A DNA stretch of 63,655 bases, filler included, from Sphacelaria rigidula (Eukaryota): the NCBI GenBank assembly GCA_964200075.2. It is 10 parts of 10 records of this genome, joined end to end, with 100 filler letters (N's around TTAATTAATTAA, not from the genome) between each part and the next. Parts side by side here need not be neighbours in the genome. Positions count along the whole stretch, not along the records: positions 51,006 to 57,280 come from CAXNAA020021066.1; positions 57,381 to 63,655 come from CAXNAA020021067.1; 8 more parts are not named here. One strand, given 5' to 3'. The translations under genes were made by a program, and so were the position numbers. How positions within the stretch are numbered: position 1 is the stretch's first letter; every line of letters begins with the position of its first letter. Below, in pieces: positions 52,492 to 63,655 of the stretch. Below the pieces are notes generated by a model. The model saw nothing but the letters and a program-made list of their open reading frames with translations. It did not search any database and had not been told where the DNA came from.

Positions 52492-54488
52492 TGAGCTGGG
52501 CCACCCTAGCAGCGAAGTTGTAGTTTGCAGGCCCATTGCGCCGACCAATATTTAGAGTTGGACCCTGAAATTTGGTATGGACAATGAATACCAGTATCAG
52601 TAAAGCGCCCTTGAATAATAATTAAAAAAATTGTGCACGAGTAATTTTCTTCAATTCCCTATTCATTGTCCATACCAACTTTAAGGGTCCAGGGTCCAAC
52701 TCTGAATATTGGCCAGCGAATAGGCCGTTCAGTAACCGGTTCGACATAATCTCGGAACAGTAATTTGCAGGTCACTTACTCGCCCACGTTCGGTGTTCGT
52801 GCATTGACATTTTGTGTGGGACCTCGCTCGGGCACCATGAGCCAAAAAAAGTGGGTCAGGTTGGGATTGATATTTTTTTCACTGGATTAGGGAGTTTTAG
52901 TATTGGGAAGACCATTTGTTTACAAGAACACCCGAACCTCCTCTCCCCCCCCCCAAAAAGTTGGCGCCTCATTGTTTTTTAATTCAGCATACCTCTGTGG
53001 TTCTCCATGCTGAGTTTCAACTCACAATTCGAAGAGTTGAGCTAAAAAGTTGAGTTGAGACCTACGAGCAATGTTCATTTCTCCTCAAAACTCCCCTTTA
53101 AATGCCGATTCAACATGTGACCAATCGTCGCGGTCAAAGAGCTAATTAACATCATATTCATCGAATGAAAAGCCGTGCCCATGGAACAACAAATACACCT
53201 GCACAACGCGAGTCATTCGCCCGACAAAAGCTGTGGAACCATGATAGCCGACAAATCAAGCTCCTCAAACCATGACGAGGTGATGGACCAACACCCGCCC
53301 AGCCCACATCACACACCCGGTGACTATTTGTACTCCACTCGCCTGTGTGAGGGCCGTCCTCCTTGAAGTTCATCAGTACATATGGCCTTGCCGCATGTCG
53401 AGCACATCATGTTGACCCAACTTTGATCCGCATCCACCCAAAACAATGGTTCAGCTTCCTGGTTTCAGTGACCGGCGTTGGGCTGCATATGTTCATGGTT
53501 GATATTACTTGATTTGAGTGCGTACAACGAGAATCGAAATTTTAGGAGGGCTGACGTTCCCGTGTGCTCCTCGGCTTCGCACAACGCGTTTTCAATTAAA
53601 TCGGTGACACAGGCGCCGATTTGGGGTCTACCAAGGCCTCACTTTCCGCAGGGAATGTACGTACCGCCCTTGCCCGAGTGTTCTCGGTGTGCGTTGGGTT
53701 TGCTCAATCCAACCAGCCTCCTTCTCCTTGCATGCCAGGGTATCGCAAGCGCGGACGAAAAGCGACCCAGTGGAATGTAATATATGAGGAACAACAACGG
53801 AATTAACAGTAGGGTTCTGATTTTTGAATGCAGTACACTCTTTCTCGACATGGATTTTGGATCCATGCCGTTCTCTTCCGATGACGTAAGGCACATTTTA
53901 CCCCACGAGCCTGGATAAGCCCCAGAAGTCGGTCTGTTCGTGTCTGTTCGTGCTTTTGGTTGGTGACACTTTTTTTTGCTCATTTGGGGGGTCAGGCGCA
54001 CCCATAACTGTGTTTATTTCATTTTATTTTGCACTCGCGGTTCTACATACAGCATTTCACAGCACAACTCTCAAAATCTGAGACGCGATATCCAGATGTA
54101 GGGCATCTAGTGACTCTGCTCGTAAGATATTGTTTTTCGTATGTAAACTCTTGTGCGGCATATCCCGAGATGGGTTACGAGTTAGGTAAAGGTGAGGGTA
54201 TATATCGTCTCCCCGTGCCCCAGGAAATGTCCACACCAAAAATCGCCGTCATCGGCCGAATGTATCGTTCGGGGTTTCATATAGATTTAGTATGGCCACT
54301 ATCTCCGTACGGTACAGGAAGTACTGAACATGGGGTGAAATCAACGAGAAAGTATTAGACCATACTTTTGAGCAGATGGGCACCTTCCCCTTGACTGGCC
54401 GATTAATACGACATGCGGATCATGGCCCAACTCGTCTATGTCGATGAGATATTACTTTGAGAGCTTGAAACTGTTTCGAGGCCGGCCC
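52492..54488 (+). mobile_element. Family M copy with ~0.9 kb of unrelated internal sequence (~53097-54000), right TIR cut by the copia LTR
   Basis: Similar to 16685-17360 up to aaaactcccc, resumes near gcactcgcggttct, ends gaggccggccc. Confidence 0.75.
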
Positions 54489-54734
54489 TATTCCATGACT
54501 CAGGCACAGGGTAATGATTAAAATCTTTCATTGGAGAGCACCCAAGTTCCACTGTAACTGGGGAGAGTGCTGATGAGAGGGAGAGTAGCAAAGAGTGGGC
54601 ACGGGTGCAAGCTTCTCGTGCGCCCTTCAGCCGTACTGTACCACATTTGTACACACTTGACTGTACTAGTACGTCACCCCGATCCCCGATTCTACGTAGA
54701 TCCAGCATTACTGGGTATCTGAATCACTCGAATA
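54489..54734 (-). repeat. Putative 246-bp 3' LTR with TATTC...GAATA termini
   Basis: Starts immediately after the PPT and ends exactly where family M sequence resumes; 5-bp inverted ends. Confidence 0.65.
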
Positions 54735-57280
54735 CCCCCCTGATCGGATACCTCAGCACTCAAAGCTGAAGAAAAAAAAAAGTTTCAAGGAGGAAACTCG
54801 GCCTTCCGAGCAAAAACCCCCATCCCACAAACTCCACCGCTTGTGCTCAATAACAAACAGCCCTTTTTCACAGACGCCCAGACCAGGGCACGTGCACTTA
54901 ACAACGGGAAACGCCCTACAAACCCATGCCCCAGAAAGTAGCGTGGGCGGCTTCACCCGATATAAGTGCAGATCCGTCACGGAAAACATGACCTGAAACA
55001 TCTAGAGCTGACAAATCCAAAGACACACACAAAACAAAATATGTGCCTACTCGCTGTCCCCAATGTTCATCAAGGCGCGACGATGCCTCTTGAACAGCGT
55101 GATTCGGAGCGGCTTTGTAAGAATACCAGCGTGTTGCCACTCCGAATGCACATGTATGATCTTAACTGCTCCCGTCCTAACTAAGTCCCTAATAAAGTGC
55201 CACCTCACGTCGATATGCTTACTATGACCCGAGCTGAAAGGCTTGTCGGCTAGAGCCTTGGCCCCCTCATTGTCTTCATAGAGAACAATGTCATACTCCA
55301 CTTGTCGTCCCAACACAACCCTTGGTCGTAGGGAAGATGGTACCGATCTGAAAAACATACATTCCTTCGCCCCTTCTGCCATAGCTACGTAGTCTGCTTC
55401 GGTGGTTGACAGGGTAACGCAGTGTTGCGTTCGACTAGTGCTCGATACTGATATCCCCCCGTACATGACAGCTGCCCCGGAAACCGATCGCCTGTCTATC
55501 TCTTTCTTGGTGTAGTCGGCATCACAATAGATGAGATCATACTTTCCCCTGAACTTAAGGTCAGATCGTAATTTCTGGCTGTGTTGTGGTACGCTAAAAC
55601 TTTCAACACCCCTCGCAAGTGTCTTCCGCAGGAGTCATGTGATCGACGGGCCAGGTCTCGGGCTGCATTTGCAATGTCGGGCCTGGTTACCCCAGCCAAC
55701 CAGATCAACCCTCCTACGACACTCTGGTATGGTCTATCCACAACTTTCTCTCCGTGCTTCCCTGGTCCTAAGTCTGCTGATACTGAGGCGGGAATATCAG
55801 AAAAATCCGTAACTTCAAAGCGCTTCAGCATGGTGTCGACAAAGGTCGTCTGGCTCACGTACATGGTACCTCTCTTCTAATTTCCCTCTATGGCACACCC
55901 CATATGCCACTGGACTTCACCTAGGTTATTCGTCGAAAATATTTTGTTTAAGATATCGCATACTTTCTCCACTCTCGTTGTTTCACCTCCGATTAGGATG
56001 TCGTCTACATGCACAACGAGTATGGCACACACAGTCCGCTTCCTTCTGTTTGTACACACACGGGTCTGCCTTACTTTGTTGCATCCCTACATCCTCCATC
56101 AATGTTTTGTTCAGCAGGAGGGACCATTGCCTCCCTGCTTGCTTGACCCCGCATATGGATTTCTCCAGTCTAACCGTGCTACCTGTCACGGGGCCACACC
56201 CGTCTGGGAGCTTCATGGACACATTCGTGGCCATTTTGGCTCGTACGAAAACCTGGGTAACGTCGAAGTGATACAGTGGCCATCCTCTCTGTACTGCCAC
56301 AGCCATGGCCAATTTTATTGATGCCGTGGCTGGGGTGGCTGCAACCGTCTTAAACTAGTCTACCGCGAATCTCTGGCCAGACCCACGCGCCACTAGTCTC
56401 GCCTTCGCTTTAGTTATTGCACCATTAGCGTCGGTTTTCCAACTGGACACCCATTTTGCCGTGATAATAATGTTTACTCCTTTCGGGATTTCTTCTCCTG
56501 AGAATGTGCCTGCGGTCCCATGCCCATGTAGTTCTGCACGCATGGCACTCAACCGTATTTCCTTGTTTTTCGATTTTTCTATGCCTCCTACTGTTACGGG
56601 GAGGTTTTCAACATCTCTCACGTGCAGACCGATGGGGTACGCAAACCAAAACTGGACTCTGCCTCTCTTCCGTTTTCGGCCGAAACACAAAAATACTCCT
56701 GCTCCGCAAAAGTCTCCTCGATCAGCACGGCCGCGCTGCCTCCTACCTCTGGTCCGTCTGCTGCAGTGATCAGGTCCATCATCCCACACTTATCCTCCGC
56801 CATTCGAAAGAGTACAGTTTCCACTCGAGCCCTCGCTTGAGCCCTCGCCATCACGCGGGAAAAATATTCCTCTGTATCCTATGTCTGCATTTTCTCCAGT
56901 TCCTCTGCCGCCGATGCTAGCTCGTTTCGATCGGCTGCCGCTCTCGTCGCACTGTGCGTGCGGCCTGCCATTTGTGGAGGCAGAGACAACTCGTCGTCGA
57001 GAGCAAGACGGCGTAGCTCCGTCCTTGGGATTTTGGGAGCTCCACCGCCCCCCCTGTCGTTCCGCTCGGAGGTGTCGACCGTTGTCGGTGTTGTCGGCGG
57101 CCTTGTTGCTGTCGGCGGCGTTGTCGGCGATGCTGTCGGCACCACCGACGACGGCGGTGTGGGCGGCGCCGATCCCCCGTGATCAATGAGATGCTGGACA
57201 GGATTTCGTAAAATCCCGCGCGCACCCCCCGCCCACCGCACGCCCGGGCCCGGGCCCGCCCGCCTAACCCACACCGTCCC
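54489..57280 (-). mobile_element. Second Ty1/copia element (linker, RT, RNase H, PPT, 3' LTR), degenerate
   Basis: KWVSSWKTDANG..KAKARLVARG, HFDVTQVF, GVKQAGRQW, VVHVDD, TRPDIANA, TLSTTEADYVA, YEDNEGA, KHIDVRWHFIRD; PPT aggggg(g) at ~54735-54741. Confidence 0.93.
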
Positions 57281-57503
57281 NNNNNNNNNNNNNNNNNNNN
57301 NNNNNNNNNNNNNNNNNNNNNNNNTTAATTAATTAANNNNNNNNNNNNNNNNNNNNNNNNNNNNNNNNNNNNNNNNNNNNTGCAATGGAGGGATGGGACT
57401 TCAACCTCATATTGTGTTTCAACCCAAAAAATTAGGATCGGCTGTTAAATGCTGTCTCCCTTGTGCAAACACGCTCAAAACGAGAAAATCTATCCCATCG
57501 CAG

Positions 57504-57765
57504 ACAAGTTAGTGGCCAACAGTTGGTTGTTCCCTCAAGACGTCACCGCGGCAACAGTCCATCCTTCCTCCAGCACGTTACTGGTGAGCAAACCAGCGCC
57601 GGAGAACATCGTTGACACCGGTCTCGAGGCACGGAACAGCGAGAAGACCATCACCCACAAGATCCACATGGGACAAACTCTTGTTAGATCGCCGTTATTT
57701 TTCCAGCCCATGATGGAATTCCACGCCGCCGCCGGCCGCAGACAAACAGGAACAGTCGAAAGAGG
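57504..57765 (+). CDS. Possible host exon, unknown protein
   Basis: cgcag acceptor, GG|gtaagt donor, one open frame. Confidence 0.3.
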
Positions 57766-57900
57766 GTAAGTACAGCCACCGACACTTGTTTCCACTCCCC
57801 GAAAATGATCGAGGGTACTCGCGGACGGTACTTCCCCCGATTTTTGGCGCATACAGGCGAGCCTCCTCAAACCTCGTTTCATTGATCAACCTCATTTTAT

Positions 57901-58158
57901 GAGTGATGCTGCGATAGGGTCATCACTTTCACGGCTTGGGAGTAGGATTTTCAGGAACCCTTTATCTCATCGAAAACACGACTTTCGAAATAGGTGAGAG
58001 TACGCCAGGGATTTTGTTCCAATTTGCTAGGGACACCCCGAATGAATTTGCAAACGGGGATATCCTGACCCATATTCTTGTGTAGTTCCTAATTTTACGA
58101 ACCCCTTAATCAGGCCGGTTTTGGCCCCAAAATTGCAGACCCTATCGCAGCATCACTC
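57901..58158. mobile_element. 258-bp MITE, perfect 21-bp TIR, 4-bp TSD (Sola-like)
   Basis: ttat|gagtgatgctgcgatagggtc ... gaccctatcgcagcatcactc|ttat. Confidence 0.9.
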
Positions 58159-58639
58159 TTATATAAAATAGTTGCTATATGTTGGATATTGTACGTATGG
58201 TGTGCGCTTGAAGAAAGGTTCAGACGCGATGAATGGCGGAGCCCGTGTAGATTGAGAGAAGCTTCAAAGGGAGCTGCAGAAGTTCGCGTGCATTTCTACG
58301 AAGAATTGTCGAATGCGTTAGACATATATACATATTCATACTGGTCAGAAAATATGGTGACATAACAGTCGGTCCGGTATATATGCCTCCTGATACTATG
58401 TGGCCACCGGTGCGGGGCCGCCCATCGCCTTCCCAGCATCTACTTAATATTTCTTTGCTGAATATCACGATGACAGAAAACCCCTGTGGTCACCGGGGCT
58501 GTGTTACTCATACCCTGAACAATACGATATGTTCCAATATGATACCAATACTTTGTATTATTGGAGCCAGGGCAAATATTGTCCTTTCAATAAATATCGT
58601 GTTGAGATTTCCTCGGAAACATTGAAGCAACAACATATA

Positions 58640-58935
58640 ACAAGGTTTTCGTGAGATTGAGAGTAGAGGATACGATTGAGAGTGAAAAGCGGTCAATTAG
58701 CGAATGAATAGTTTCAGTTCCGAAATGCCCCTCCACGAGGCCCAATATGTTTCCTGCAGCAGTTTGCGACTGAGGCCCTTGATATCCCTGGGTAGGATAT
58801 CGACGTGTAGCTGTAAGCACACGCTAATAATAGAGGCAAAAAAAGCACCCACAGAATGAAAAATCGGCTTATACAAGCGAATGACGAAAACCACTGTCAA
58901 TCAGCGCTCTACTCTCAATCTCACGAAAAGGTTGT
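58640..58935. mobile_element. MITE with ~29-bp TIR in TA context
   Basis: acaaggttttcgtgagattgagagtagag ... ctctactctcaatctcacgaaaaggttgt. Related left end at 12581-12652. Confidence 0.78.
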
Positions 58936-58969
58936 TATATATTGCTCGTGTCATGATCATGAAGTAATA

Positions 58970-59149
58970 TATGTCAAAATATATTGGACACGCATCTGCC
59001 CCGGAAATAAAACGTTGGATATATATCATGCATGCCGGCCGTGTATGTATTGGAGTGTCAATGTATATATATTGCGTCGAAGCGATGCGTAGCATATTGT
59101 TACCATGATATAATACATTGAACGCGAACCATGCAAAAGTATCGTTTTC

Positions 59150-59196
<47 letters not shown>

Positions 59197-59770
59197 CACG
59201 CTTGCGGTGGGACATATTGAGCGTTTTCGGCATGTGGTAATACATCTTTGACTGGCGCCTGCGAACGTAGAACTTTCCATCATACTAATTCCAATACACT
59301 TTCCAATCTTCATTTTGACATTTAATATATATATATTGCTGCACCAATATGTATTTTTGACCGTCGGTTCCCTCGTGTATTGTCCGCCCAATATATATTG
59401 GACGCATTGACGCACGACATATTGCGGCGGCAACATATGTTGGCGCTTCGGGTGTTGAGTATATTGAATCATCAATATATATTGGCCTCATGTTGCAGCC
59501 AGTACATTACTCGATACATATATATATATATATATATATTGGTGCCCTCTCGCACTAACGTATTACTTGGCCAATATATATTGAGGTGGTGCGTGTCGTG
59601 ATGTATTGTTAGATCGATATATATATATATATATATTGCATGTGGCGAGCGTTGGCATATTGAGGCCACACTTTATGTTGACGCTCTCTCGTGCCATTAT
59701 ATTTTTCGCCCAATATATATTGACCACCCGACGCGTCGACATATTGAGCGGGCAACATATATGTACATGT
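58970..59770. repeat. Array of CAATATATATTG-type palindromes with (TA)n expansions
   Basis: More than ten dispersed caatatatattg-like motifs. Confidence 0.7.
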
Positions 59771-62700
59771 ATCATTTTTTCACGTTTTTCACCACTTTCG
59801 CCGAGGTTCCTCTGGCGGCGAGGCATCTCATCGCTTTCTTTTACAATGCACGAAGAAGGCGCAGCGGTACATTATCGTTCAGGTTGGGTGTCATCTGACA
59901 CCTGTGGCGCGTGTTCTGGCCATCGAAAGCCGCCCGCATTGGCTCTTTTTTGCGGGGTGTCGATCCCGAACCACATAAGCCTTCCCAAGTTCATGAACAA
60001 TTCAAGCAGCAGGATGATTGTTGGCGAGGTATTCCCCCCCCCCCCCCGTGTTTCTCTTCGTCGGGTTCTCGTTCATTTGGGAGCACGAGTACATCGCTTA
60101 TGCCGCCAATGTCACGAGAACATGGGAGCAATGCAGCTGAAAACAATTGAACATTGCCTCGGCCTTAGTCAGCAGCAAACACCGGACCGTGCGGTGAGCC
60201 TTTGACGAGTTGAACAAGGCACACACGTGTGCAAACATCCCCACCATGGGTCAACTGTGTGAAACCAACAAACGGGGGTGCCGAAATCCCTGTGAGCATA
60301 CCACCCGTAGGATGCACCTGTGAAACACAGGCGCAGGGATATCCTGGTGACAGGGTTGGGCAGGTTTGTCCTTGTGTCAGGGATGACAGGGAGAATCATA
60401 CGAACACGCACCTCATGTATCTTTCGACGGCTTAGTACTTTATTTTCAGTACAAGTCAAGCGTTACTTTACTTGTGGATTTCTCCGCCGTGTCTGAACGA
60501 ACCAGCCTAAAAATTGGCACAGGGGTGGGCCACAACACAGACGGCATATGTTCGGATCGGCGGCACGTTTTACGTGGTGCGCCAGACGCACGAAGTGAAT
60601 ATGGATTCTACGCAATGCCATCGATACGCCCTCAAAACAGTGTCCCCTCGGCCCAGACAGTGTGAGACGTCAGTGAATGCATCACGCAGATGCGCTCACT
60701 TCCACATCACGACCTGCTGCATGGCTCCTGCCCCGGCAAACGAGCATCGATCCGTATTGGGTACACTCTGGATGATGTCATTCTGCGCGATGCCTATCTT
60801 GGTATCGCCTGAAGAGGTACTCACTTCAGGAGGTACGGTCGTGCAAGTGCTGTCAGTGCTTTTCAGTATTGCGCCAAAAGAAAGAAAGAGTCAAATGTAC
60901 GCCGATTTTCGCATACAAGAATCAATGTAGAAATTAGCAGCTTGAATCATCCGCAAAGTAGGTGTAGTTCACATGAGCGAGATGCCTCAGAGGGACGACC
61001 TGCGGCCCAACACACGGCATATCTGAAAAGCTATGTTCTAGGTTGAATCGTCGGCACAAGTTGCAGGTCGAGAACGTGATCATATCCCGCGTTCGGTGGT
61101 GTGCTAGTGTTGCTCGGTGCGGGTGCCTTGTGGGACCCATTGTACGACGATAGGTGGCGACCACGCTAGGTGTTCCAACGCACCACCGCGCCCAGAGCGT
61201 AGGATACGGAGTGTATATTCCGCTTGAAAAAGAAGCATCTCATTCACTTTCGTCGCATTGGAGGACGCCACAATCGTTTGCATGCATGTCTGGCGGCGCA
61301 GCTGATGGATTTGAAATTTGAAAACTCCGTCATGACCACTATACTAGGTGCAGTATAATACGCTGATGCATTGTACGGTCTACAGACAGTATACTCGTAC
61401 CGTAATACTACATAACCGCATATGATATGCGGCGTAATCAGGGCGTAACCGCATCTCATGTTTATTTGAGTACTTTCCTCAGGCAAACCACCATTTTCAG
61501 TGTAACCTGAGTTGTGGATTTCTCGCCTGTGACTGCTTGTTCCATCATGGAACTTTGCACACCAGTTGGTCACAACACAGGCAGCATATGCCCGAAGCAT
61601 CCACGCGATTGGGCCTTGAAACACCGTACAACATGGCCCCAGTCCATTGTGGGGAATGCCTTCCATGCGCTCTCAAATCAGCCATGCAGCTGGCCAGACT
61701 TCGCGCACTACAGGTAAAAGCATATGTGCACGCGCAGATGCACAAACTTGAACATTTAGCGCGGCTGGGCGGCCAATGTGGTAGAAACCTGATACCAGTC
61801 TGTACTACATTCCTCTGTGGATCATGACCATCTGTAGTGTACCGATTGGCACACAGTCTGTAGAGCTGCGCATTTCATCACGCACGACCCTACGCGCGCT
61901 GTAGCCGCTGCGAGGCGCTGAAACTTGGCTCATATGTTGTACGAACCACAGTCAATAGTTCCACGTTGCTATATCTGGTATTGTGTGCTGCAGGAGTGCG
62001 CACTGGAGGGAAGAGTGGTCAGATTCTGCGTATTTTTTTCTTCTCTTCTTTTGGCGCAACACTGTTTTGCGCGCGATGTATATTGTGTGCATATATCATT
62101 TCACATTTTCACCGCTTTTGCCGAGTTTTCTCTGGCGAGCAAGACATTTTTTCCCACACGTCCTGTTACAGCGCACCGAGAAGGCCAGCAGTACAACATT
62201 ACTATTCAGGTTTGCGCGCCATCTGATACCTGTGGTGCGTGTTCTGGAAACCGAAAGTCGCTCAAACTGACCCTTTTTCGCGGGGTGTCGATCCCGAACA
62301 GCAAAAGCCTCGTCAATATCGTGGGAAACTTGACAAAACATATTTTCTACTTACGTCACCCCCGGGAGGCCCGTACCAACCTCCCGAAGGGGAACCTTGT
62401 ATTACATATGGTTTTTCTCTTGTCCGAAAAATATCAAATCCAACCAACCATCCAACCATCCACCCTCAAACAATCTTGAATTAATTGATGAATTCATTGA
62501 TCAATATACAAGAGTTTCTGCAACTTCGCCGCCACGATCAGTGGATCGACAGCCAAGGTACATGAGCATCGGTGATAGCTGTGTGCGTTGTGTAGTGGCA
62601 AAGGTCATGCGTTGGTTGGAGAAGAAGCTGCAGCAGCACATGGGCTGAGCACGGTAGCAAATCTGGATCATGGATGGATACTTTTATTGAGTGAAATTGA

Positions 62701-63655
62701 TGCGACTTCAACGGATTACCTCATCTTCTCGTCGTCAAATGGTTGATGGAAAGCGGCGGGAAAATTCTGTCGTGTCTTCTAATTGTTTCATGAGCATGAT
62801 GCCTGTTCGATTTTCATGTTAAATCGATGCCGCTTTCACAAAAAAACTCATTTTGTTTCGTTTTCAGCCCGAAGAGCAACATGGATGATGAGCACCACAC
62901 GTGGACAGATAGCACCCTGTGAAGGGGGTCTACAGGGTTTACATACCCTGCGAAGTGTTTCTGGAGGGAATTTTACTGTACAGAGTTATCCAGCGTAGCA
63001 CAGGGCGCTTTACAGGGTTCCTCTACAGTGGTAATGAATAGTGTGCATCACAGGGTTCCGTCGCCCGGTGAAGAGTTCATCGCTGCTGGCAATGCTGTGC
63101 AGTGTGTTTACGCACAAACACTACCCTTCACATGCAGCTGCGGGCAAGGCACTGGCGGAAAAAAAGGGCTGGGCGCGGTTGGACGGGGAATCGAATCTAC
63201 AACTACATCTTCACGAGAAAATGTGGTTATCCACTGAGCTACACATGGTAGTCGTTATGAACAGAGAGTGTATTACACTTCTCAATTTGGGGGATTTTCA
63301 ATTTTGGGGCCCTCGAAGGTCTGTCTCAAGACTGAAATCCCCCGGATTGTTTTTGAAGGCACAAGTGCAACGGAAATCTGGAATTTGGGCAACCTCTGCT
63401 GTTCGAAATAATAAATCCCCCTCTTGCCCGCCAATACCTGAAATTAGGCAAAGGAAGAACTTGTTCGCGAGAAGCTTCTGCAGATGAAGTCCCATATATT
63501 GCTCTGTTTTTGTTTCGTCTGTGGTTCCCCCCCTCCCTTACCCTTAGCCTGGTCCGGCGAGAACCCGGCGTGCTCCGTCCCGGCTTTGTAGGGATGCGAG
63601 GACTATGGCCTCACGACTAGGGCCTGCATAATCATGATTACACTCCCCCCATCCC

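Noticed and set aside
62480..63490. Coding region or transposase
   Set aside because: Short frames with frequent stops and no recognisable motif.

Overview
Eukaryotic, intron- and transposon-rich DNA, most consistent with a brown alga or other stramenopile (an inference from exon style and repeat content, not proven). The window is not contiguous. It is ten unrelated contigs of 6276 bp (x5) and 6275 bp (x5), apparently size-sorted and joined by identical 100-nt spacers (N44-TTAATTAATTAA-N44), so neighbourhoods across spacers mean nothing. Contig 1 holds a spliced, decaying ParB/Srx-like + HTH gene head-to-head with a transposase-like ORF, the most unusual feature here. Contig 2 is a Ty1/copia pol split by a 1.8-kb TIR element with an 8-bp TSD. 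Contigs 3-5 hold host exons, LINE fragments, MITEs and a 1.9-kb TIR element. Contig 6 has three ZW10-like exons with a GC-AG intron. Contig 7 has a C-x4-C-x16-C-x3-H zinc-finger exon and a DIRS/Ngaro-type retroelement with a 27-bp coding tandem array. Contig 8 has host exons, a tRNA-SINE and MITEs. Contig 9 has a second copia whose LTR has TA...TA ends. Contig 10 has MITEs and internal duplications. All protein-family calls are by-eye motif recognition; no searches were run.
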